Positions 56,101-64,000 of a stretch of DNA of 64,000 bases are shown here, one piece after another. The first letter of the stretch is position 1, and each line of letters opens with the position of its first letter. Below the pieces are notes generated by a model. It was not told where the DNA came from. It saw only the letters and a program-made list of their open reading frames with translations, and did not search any database. This DNA is from Phoronis australis (Eukaryota; Animalia; Phoronida): NCBI GenBank assembly GCA_002633005.1, contig NMRA01000023.1, positions 402,084 through 466,083 on the forward strand, in the 5' to 3' direction. The position numbers were made by a program, and so were the translations under genes.

Positions 56101-59100
56101 ACCTATTTGTATAACTTCACTGCAGAATGTACTAAGGTTGCCAATGTCAGTCATGCCCGTTACATGTGAGTTTCCCTGTGCTATCATGCCCAGATGAGTG
56201 TCCCCACTACAATTCCCACGCTTTGTTCTCAGGTACCAATACAAGTGCCCAGTTGGTAATTACTCTCAACCTGTCAACAAGTTTGCAATTGCACGACAAC
56301 TTGTGTTGGGACAAACTGCTCAAGATATATAGGGGTATATCATTTAGAAACACCGCATTTCGGGCCAGGGCCCTCGTTAATCTGAGTGAAAGGTGCCTTC
56401 TGGTAGGAAATTTTTGGGTGAGGGGAAAATTTTACTTCGCCTCTTCCCCCCCATCACCAGGCCTCATAAGCTCGGTCTGAAGTAACCAATACTAGCATTT
56501 TGTGCTGCTCCAAATCATTGCCTCAAGGATTTTCTAATCACTTGATGGGAATGTTTGTACCTCATGAGGGCAATTTCGCGTTATTTTGAAATATTTTTCA
56601 GGTGGGAATGAGGCCAATATTCAGCCCAAAATTCAAGGGATTGAGTGCCTTGCGAGCACTAGAGCACCAGGAGCAAGTTACATCTCCAAGAAGGGGTGGG
56701 TAAAGTGTAGCTTATGTGTTAAGTTGTCCACGTGCAATTATTGCAACCACCCTGTTGCTTCACCTACAGACAACTAGTTCCTAGGGTAACTTCTTCAGAC
56801 TTAATTGAGTACTTTCACAGTGGCATATCTAGGATATCACAAGGAGACAACCACAATGTTTGAGGGAAACTTTCTGCAGTGTTGTGACACGTGGCTTTGA
56901 GGTGTGACCTACAGCCACATAAAGCCTCTCTAAAATCGCTTGCCAAGTGGCAATTGCCTCTTGGTTAAACGGTTGAGACACTCAGCTCTCACACGTGCAG
57001 CCTAGATTCAAGTCTCAGAGTTGGAAATTTTCTACATTGGCGCCTCACTAAGGTATGACCCACTAAAAACCCTGAGACGTAAATATTTGTTCCAACTGGC
57101 GGATGGGAAGGGTGGCAGCCTGGTTGTGGTGGTGGTGGTGGTGATTGTGGTGGTGGTGGTAGTGGTGGTGGTAGTGGTGGCCAGGGCTCGACGCTATTAA
57201 AATCGCCAGGTCGCATTTTGCGACCTAGCCAAAATCCCAGGTCGCATTTTCAAAATCCAGCTCGCATTCGTAAATGCCAGGTCGCAAAATTTTCCCGCCA
57301 TTTTTACGCGCCAAAATAATTTTTTTAGATCGTCGAGAAAATGTTTAGATTATGCTCTTACCTGCAGCGTTAAATACTCACAAATTTCGGATCTCAAAAT
57401 TGACTTCATTCATGCAGGTACGGCCTTACTGTTCTTCACGACCGCCATTGAAAGACTCTAGAGCGCAAGGCAAGTTGCCGACGTGAAAGTTGAATCAGTG
57501 CTCTCTAACTGACTTGTGCATTCGAGTAGCTAAATTTGCGATGTGAAAAGGGAGAAAATTCCCGTTGAAAAAGTATCCGGGATTTTGTTAGATCTGGCCT
57601 GCTACTGACTGTTATCAAAGTCGTTAACGATTCAAACTAACTCGGGTAATGGCGAGTTTGCTCCTCAATACCTTCCAAGTACGGGAAAAATACTAGTTGG
57701 TCAGTCACAAAGCGACACGCATGTCACTAGTGTTAACTTTCTTTCCGAGGTATAAAACAAAGTCTGGATTTGGTTTTTACATATTGTGAAAAGACGTTTT
57801 TGAACACTGAAGTTGTGTAAAATGAAAGTGACACACCATATAAGCTGCGTGTCAATTTTAAACCACACGCGGTCGTTTGTAGTGCGCTATGATGGACGCT
57901 AGCTTGAACTGTGAGCGCTTCATTGGAAATTCTCAAAATTTAAGGGTGGACTTTTAATAGATCAGTGAGCGCTTATTATGAAACACTTTAAAGGTAGGGA
58001 GTAGGCTTGTGCGTGAGCATAGTCGTTAACCTCAGTTTTTGCGGTAATAAGATATTAAAACGCTGCAATGGTAAGAGACGTTATAATAATGCGATTTTGC
58101 GAGGCAAACTCCATCTAGTAGGGGCGACTTTCTGGATACCGTTACCACCTAAATTGTACCCTTTTTAGCCACCCGGAATGATTTTGTTTTTAACTGCCCG
58201 CTTCAGCCAGAACAAGGTTGTTTCTATAGGAGTCTGAACATTTTACGGCGACGGTGGTTCGGGGAGCGAAAAGTTGTCGGGGGGATGTATAAAGAGAAGA
58301 ATGGAAAGTTCGCTAACTTGAACCACAATTTCGCATCTAGTGCCCGTTTAGTTGCAATAGCTGGCTACGGGCATAGAATACAGGGTTTACAGAACGTCGA
58401 CCTCGGGAAACATCGGAACAGGACGGTATACTCTTTCATTTGGGACTGTCGCTGTTCTTTGCAGTGGTGNNNNNNNNNNNNNNNNNNNNNNNNNNNNNNN
58501 NNNNNNNNNNNNNNNNNNNNNNNNNNNNNNNNNNNNNNNNNNNNNNNNNNNNNNNNNNNNNNNNNNNNNNNNNNNNNNNNNNNNNNNNNNNNNNNNNNNN
58601 NNNNNNNNNNNNNNNGTGGTAGTGGTGGTGGTAGTGGTGGTGGTGGTGATGGTACGTGGATCCAGAACACAAGGACAGCATTGTTGAAGGCAAATTCCAA
58701 GACACTGGACAATGTTGCTGAGGGCAAATTCTAGGACACTCGGTAATGTTGCTGAAAGCAAATTCCAGGACACTGGACAACATTGCTGAGAGCAAATTCC
58801 AGAACACTGGTTGCTGAGGGCAAAGTCCAGGACACTAAGCAATGTTTCTGAGAGCAAATCCCAGGACGCTAGGATGTTGTTGAGATCTGCACCCAGGAGA
58901 CCATCATCACCCTTCTCAGGGCAGTCTGTAGTCATGCTCCAACAATATATAGAAATATCTACAAGAGGGGTAAGCCGTTAAAAGGACATCAAACCCGGCC
59001 AGACCACGCCTGTTGTCTGTTGACAAAACGTCCAAATGACACATATCTTACAAATTCCACCGGATATCTTCCCATGTTGTATCCTGAGTCTATGACTTGT

Positions 59101-60064
59101 TTTAATGATAACTCCATTTGCATAGACAATTTATTTAGCCATTCATTATAATATAAATAGTCATGCATTTACACAAGTCGTTCTTAGTTGCTAAATGCAC
59201 CTTAAAGTGACAAGAGTGTAGTAGTCGAAGTTAAACAACTAAACTAGGGTTTTACTAAGACTGCATGTATAATTGTTATTGATTACTTTAGAAATATCAA
59301 AACAAGGCAAGGATGCTGTACGTGAACTTGGAATCCTGTTTAATCTCAAGATTAAGCGGAAGTGAGTGTTGCGTGAATACGCGAAGCAACTTGACAAGTT
59401 CACTCAAACAATCACGTTCATGTTCATAAAAATTTGCACTGCACTATATCAAGTTACATTTGAATAAAATAATGTCAATTTTAACCAACCTTTTCGACTA
59501 CGTACGGGCAATCAGTAACAGTTTCACCAAACAATAATCGATGTAGCCATTCACATATTCCTCCGTTTCAGCGACGCAAGTTACGGTAAAGGAGAAAATG
59601 GTTGATTGCGAGGCCAATAATTCTATTAACGAACAAAAATTTTACCCTTTTGCCTTAATTAAAGAATATTAAATTTTAAGTTCACGCATACGCGATCTTG
59701 AGATTACGCAGGATTCCAAGTTCACGCACAGCAAGGAGACTTTCAAAAGGCCAAGTAGCCGTTTGGCTTTCATTCGATTTTATTTGCTGTATTTTGAAAT
59801 GAGTAAGATTTTATGGGGATGTACTATCGCCCGTGTATGTCTGTGGTATACAGACGATGTAATTTCCTAGCCCATAGCCAGCAGAGGGGCCACGGCACAT
59901 GTTTCCTACCGGCAAGTCATGAGCATAGTACAGTCGATGGTCTCATGACGTGAGTGAATAACCAGGAAGTTTTTCTGATTTTGGTTTAACTGTAAATTTA
60001 CAATGATTGGGAATGAATGATATACACTTACACCTCGTTGTCGGTCACTCCCTAGGCTCACCAT
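50018..60064 (-). CDS. TMEM192: Transmembrane protein 192 (lysosomal membrane protein), spliced CDS: complement(join(50018-50153,50685-50790,52425-52577,53346-53583,55525-55677,60032-60064)), 272 aa
   Basis: All introns are GT-AG with matching phases; total 819 nt. Four hydrophobic segments. Family-like motifs FHKLSTV, HNISRRNGYLEFYRKT, KFNRLQAPPDV and EIGFR-DEGYLDEVLEKQADMIRYLKQHN. Confidence 0.92.
50685..50790 (-). CDS. TMEM192: TMEM192 coding exon 5
   Basis: VRTLKFNRLQAPPDVNVDSSNSFLMSHVHATEIGFR; boundaries TTTCAG and GTTGGT. Confidence 0.9.
52425..52577 (-). CDS. TMEM192: TMEM192 coding exon 4 (TM3-TM4)
   Basis: GSALLVILLTIL...LDYLKILVSLELVIILPCVVMYL; boundaries TTACAG and GTTAGT. Confidence 0.9.
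53346..53583 (-). CDS. TMEM192: TMEM192 coding exon 3
   Basis: IILVVESFLL...HSVVWLIVYLLDRYVCRQHNISRRNGYLEFYRKT; (CT)n polypyrimidine acceptor. Confidence 0.92.
55525..55677 (-). CDS. TMEM192: TMEM192 coding exon 2
   Basis: AHFFEQD...SDELL...FHKLSTVWAALLWVLLM, including an acidic dileucine-like motif; boundaries TTGCAG and GTAGGT. Confidence 0.88.
57121..57180. repeat. (GGT)n microsatellite, left part
   Basis: Imperfect GGT/AGT run. The same repeat resumes at 58616-58652. Confidence 0.9.
57182..58469 (+). mobile_element. hAT-like element, copy 2, apparently inserted in a (GGT)n tract; right end probably lies in the gap
   Basis: CAGGGCTCGA terminus; the first ~375 bp match 17671-18030. Extent beyond 57558 is inferred. 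Confidence 0.6.
58470..58615. other. Assembly gap (146 N)
   Basis: Run of N. Confidence 1.
58678..58883. repeat. ~34-bp degenerate minisatellite, about 6 copies
   Basis: Approximate consensus AATGTTGCTGAGRGCAAATTCCAGGACACTGGAC. Confidence 0.9.
59314..59733. mobile_element. MITE with ~39-bp TIRs and a 4-bp TSD (AGGA)
   Basis: TGCTGTACGTGAACTTGGAATCCTGTTTAATCTCAAGAT versus ATCTTGAGATTACGCAGGATTCCAAGTTCACGCACAGCA; AGGA on both flanks. Confidence 0.85.
60032..60064 (-). CDS. TMEM192: TMEM192 first coding exon (MVSLGSDRQRG)
   Basis: ATG lies 1 nt after a strong acceptor (TCTTCTGCAG). The phase-0 donor GTAAGT matches the next exon. This implies an upstream non-coding exon. Confidence 0.8.
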
Positions 60065-62023
60065 ACTGCAGAAGACACAGAGAGCAAGGAAAACATCAAA
60101 ATATTTCGAAACTGGGGATCACGGAATTCCCATTTTTGTCCGACTGTCTTGTGACTTATAGACCTAGGTGGCGTGGTTATCTTGCGGCATGCCGTACGTA
60201 GCGCCACTGTGCGACCTTCATACGAAAATGGAAATGCGGATTGGTACGTGTGACTAATGTTCGGCGACAGAATGAGTTTGTAAACCATGGAACACCAAAG
60301 CGGAAAATTTTCAGGAGACGTATTTTCTACCTAAGATTTAAAAATAGACAAAATATTATTTTTAATCCATAAGACTAAAAATAAATACTTCAAAACCACA
60401 ATTTTTCTCATGCAACAATTAACAAGGGAACGAAATATATTTGATTTTCATTCTACAAGACCAAAAATAATTACTAATATGGATCACCTAAGGACCGAAA
60501 CTTTACAGTGCCAGGATCTGTAATTTATCACCTCAGTACCTAAAATTTAACACTTCAGAACCAAAAGTTAAAACGCCAGGACAGGATATAATACGTCAGG
60601 ACCGATTATAAAAGTTTTTGACGCCAGGAACCGTTGCCACGATACCACGTTACACGGCATCCACAAGGATGACCGAGTATACAAGGGCGTTGAGCGATGT
60701 GTCGCCGATGACTGTCGTAGCCTATTATCGTGGCAATGAAGTTTAATATCTGTTGTCTCTTCCACGCTTTACAACAAAAGCTCGAATGTCACACTTGGAA
60801 ATGGGAAAACACCATGACTATTGATCTGGGGAAATACAATACTGCTTGCAGAGATAGAAATCGAAAAAAATGACAATCTAACCCACTTGCTCAGCCATAG
60901 CAACCTAAGTCCCTGTCGCTCAGCTTGACATTACGCATTTTAACGATCTATTAAAATAGCAAAATATTTTAAACGTAGTCAAAGACACCTGCCTTGATTT
61001 CAACGAATTTCTGGCAGACAACGGAGAAGCCGGATTGGCCGGTGACTTCGTTGTTTTGCACTGAGTAATCCTGGTCACAGAGTAACATCAAGAAGCTTAT
61101 CCCATTCAACAATAGTCCCACAATGTGATTCAGTTCGGTACTAAAATCGACCACGTCTTTTTAAATAGGTTGAAAATTCAAGAGCCCTTACGAGAGGGTT
61201 AGGACTGATTATTAAAACTACAAAAATTCAGTATTTCTGCAACAAAGTCTTTACTAACGCTCTTGCGTTGGCACACGGTATAATAACAAACCAAACTTAC
61301 CATCTGCGATAATGAAGAATAAACGTGCACATGTACACATTATTTTTATTCATTACGGGAATATATGTAAATTATTATATTATGTGAGTGTTGGTTACTA
61401 TGTGAAAACAACAGAGTGTGTTGTTCCGAACTACCGAACTAGAGCGGTCTCTAAGGAAGCTAGAATCAATGCTGTGTGTAGTCTACCGTTATGGTTTGGG
61501 TGGTAATATTTAAATAACCAGGAAGATTTCTGGCTAGTGGATCTAGCACGCTGGCCCTGTCCCTTTTTGTTCACGTTCTTTGTTTAATGTTAATAGCAAA
61601 AATAGCACAGCAAGTTTTCGATAACGTAGCACAACAACAAGTTCTGCGATTCCATTGGCCGGTCCATCGGCTTCCATTTTGTAGCTCAGGCTAGTCTCGA
61701 TCGGTGCCCATGGCTTTCAAGTTTTATTGCAATGTTACTAACTCGAATAACTTTTACATGTACCATAACAACATCCACCCAGTTGATACTTTTCTCTTTG
61801 TTCCGTTCTTCGAAAACTTCAGCAAGTCGGTCATTCTGCCGATGACTGGTCTACGGATTTGAATTTAAAAAAATACAGGACTCGCAAGATTCAATTCCAT
61901 TCTGACGACCCACCTTGCTGCCTGACCGAGTACGCCTATGTTGCACTCCACGGGTAATGTTTCGTATACTGTTGACTTTCTTTTACGGTTTCGTACTTTC
62001 TCTCCGCCAGTTATGCAAAACTG

Positions 62024-62095
62024 TAGCGGAGCAAGGTTTCGATCCTCGGACCTCTGGGTTATGGGCCCAGCACGCTTCCACTGCGCCACTCTGCT
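62024..62095 (-). tRNA. tRNA-iMet: Initiator tRNA-Met (CAT)
   Basis: AGCAGAGTGGCGCAGTGGAAGCGTGCTGGGCCCATAACCCAGAGGTCCGAGGATCGAAACCTTGCTCCGCTA, 72 nt. A1:U72, three G-C pairs in the anticodon stem, ATCGAAA T-loop, and a TTTT terminator just downstream. Confidence 0.96.
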
Positions 62096-62344
62096 AACCA
62101 GGCTTACAAAGTCCCTACATCTCTCCTAAGTCTTCCGGACATTGCAAGGGTAAAAGTGCGCTGTAGAACAAAAATACAAGTAATACCAGGAAGAGATGGC
62201 AATACCTATCCTGGAAGTCGACAGTGTAACTTACTGGAAGTGTGCTATCTTTTTGAGAGATTCAAATAGTTATACGAAAGGCACAACGAAAAGTGTGAAG
62301 CCAATATAGCGCAGTGGTCTGAGGATCGACAATTTAATCGAATT

Positions 62345-62708
62345 TTAATTCAATCACTACCTTTAAAGTAAATATTAAAAAGTGGCTGTAATTTACCTAA
62401 CCTTTTATACCCTGCCTGTCTTAATCATCTGATTGTTTCATTGTCGTAAATACTCTCATTGTCTAGAGTCATCTCTTAATTTATTTCATCTGTCTTAGTT
62501 AAATTTTTACCACTATTTGTCATTTAGTTAATGTCTTAATTCTCAACCTGTTTTAATTGTATCTTTGTTAGGTATAATTCATTGTTGTTTTATTACTTCA
62601 TTGTAATATATTACTGTTTTTCTTGTTGAGGGCCCTCTTGGAAAGCAGTGCTATCACTGAAGAGGCCACCCTCATTTTAAATATCACAATAATAAATAAA
62701 TAAATAAA
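62345..62708 (+). mobile_element. 3' fragment of a CR1/L2-type LINE
   Basis: SITTFKVNIKKWL* resembles an ORF2 end. It is followed by a T-rich 3' UTR, a stem-loop GAGGGCCCTCTT...AAGAGGCCACCCTC and a (TAAA)n tail. Confidence 0.65.
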
Positions 62709-63192
62709 TTTTTAATGATTAAAGTAAACATTGCCCAGATAAGTTGCGGCACCCTGCTCAGATTGGAACTCGGAACGGTGCTATTAACATGGATGGTGCA
62801 CCATAGGGGGCTGAGGGGCTATAACCCCCACTTTTTCAATGCTGCGCCGCCCGTGGTCTATGTGCGGTGCCCCACAGGGGAGCTGGGGAGCAATATCCTC
62901 CCACTTTTTTCAGTGCTGACCTTTTAACTAGAGTCCAATTTTAACCAACAGTCGGCAATGAAATATCTGAAATAATTGACTCTATATTTTTACTGTAAAA
63001 TCCAAAAGTGAAACCAAAGTGCTCCGCGGATCTCCACACGCGTAGAACATTACACTTATTAGTCCACTTGGAATATATCAGCAAATTGATCGCTAAAAGT
63101 TCATTACTTAATCAAACAAGGAAATTTATACACGCGAATGACATCCCATAAAAAGGAGTGCAAGCGAGAGTTCTGTTGTTTCCTGATTCGAC

Positions 63193-63477
63193 ATGGTATT
63201 GAAATTAATTGCGCTTTCCTTCATTTTCTGTAAAGCATTTTGTAGTGCGACAGTTACGTTTAGTGAATTTAAGTTGGGGAAAACAGTCAGCAGCAAATGT
63301 GATGGGAGTTCTCTACCGGACGCCTCTGATGTTTCGTTGTGCGCCATTTCGTGCAGCTCCGTGACGCGATGCGTTGCATTTCTCTTCAACAGTGCAACGC
63401 AAGATTGTCAACAATGTTGGAGTTTGTCGGGAATCTCAAAAGATTCCAAGGATGGCAATATTGCCCTTGGAAGAAAG
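63193..63477 (+). CDS. First coding exon of a secreted PAN/apple-domain-like protein; gene continues past the window
   Basis: Signal-peptide-like MVLKLIALSFIFCKAFCSA; Cys pattern CAISCSSVTRCVAFLFNSATQDCQQC; phase-0 donor AAG|GTGAGT at 63478. Confidence 0.7.
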
Positions 63478-64000
63478 GTGAGTTTGTTTTGACAGTCTGT
63501 CTCGTCTGTTTTTGTTCAACTGATGTGGAAAATACATCCATGCCGCAAGAATGCCTTTCGGTACACTCAATTCCGAACGTTCAAAAAACGTGATTTGGAA
63601 ACATTTGCGCTAAGAGCAGAAGGTTAGAGTAATCAATTTTGTAACGGTAAACGATCTAAATAAAGAATTGTCAGATTTGACACGTTAAGTTTGACACGTT
63701 GAGCTTGGGACGTTAAGTTTTATGTCAGCAAAAACGAGAGACGAAGTATTTAAGCAATTTGGGAATCAGCGCTCACGTGCACTAATACAATGCATTAATA
63801 TATCAGCTTGTAAATTTACCGTTCTCAGTTCACGGGTTCGTAGTATAAATCAGGATGTTTTGGATCAAATACGTTTGGACTATTAAACTCTAAAGCAAAG
63901 TATACGGTAACGTTTATTGTTGTCATGACTACAAAACCAATTGCGGTTAGCATAAGGGGACTTTTATATCAACACATATAAAAAAATTCTAAGAATATAT

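Noticed and set aside
56206-56218. ZNF143-type ACTACAATTCCCA motif as a promoter
   Set aside because: Isolated intronic match with no other promoter evidence.
58285-58935. Several 120-180 aa ORFs
   Set aside because: They are open only because they cross the N gap, the GGT repeat and the minisatellite.
61199-61303. Minus-strand MVSLVCYY... as the TMEM192 start
   Set aside because: MVS arises from an ATG|GTAAGT donor-like sequence. The exon at 60064-60032 has a proper phase-0 donor and gives a 272-aa protein of the expected size.

Overview
Eukaryotic, AT-rich, intron-rich invertebrate animal DNA. A lophotrochozoan or mollusc origin is my guess from gene style and cannot be shown from the sequence. 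Main contents: (1) a complete spliced DYRK1A/minibrain kinase gene on +, with 8 core coding exons at 27809-44674 (652 aa), a probable upstream in-phase coding exon at 12050-12158 (712 aa form) and a probable non-coding first exon near 5.3-5.6 kb; (2) a complete 6-exon TMEM192 gene on - (60064 to 50018, 272 aa), converging tail-to-tail on DYRK1A; (3) an initiator tRNA-Met gene on -; (4) the first coding exon of a secreted PAN/apple-like protein at the right edge; (5) many decayed hAT, MITE, LINE and Penelope-type repeats and two assembly artefacts. The most intriguing unexplained element is a ~375-nt highly base-paired segment at 158-532, framed by a TATA box and a T5 run like a type-3 Pol III gene, which lacks the hallmark motifs of the ncRNA families I checked by eye. 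Also notable is an intronic 50-bp minisatellite copied from a DYRK1A exon/intron junction in which every copy has lost the splice donor. All calls were made by eye, with no database searches or folding software.
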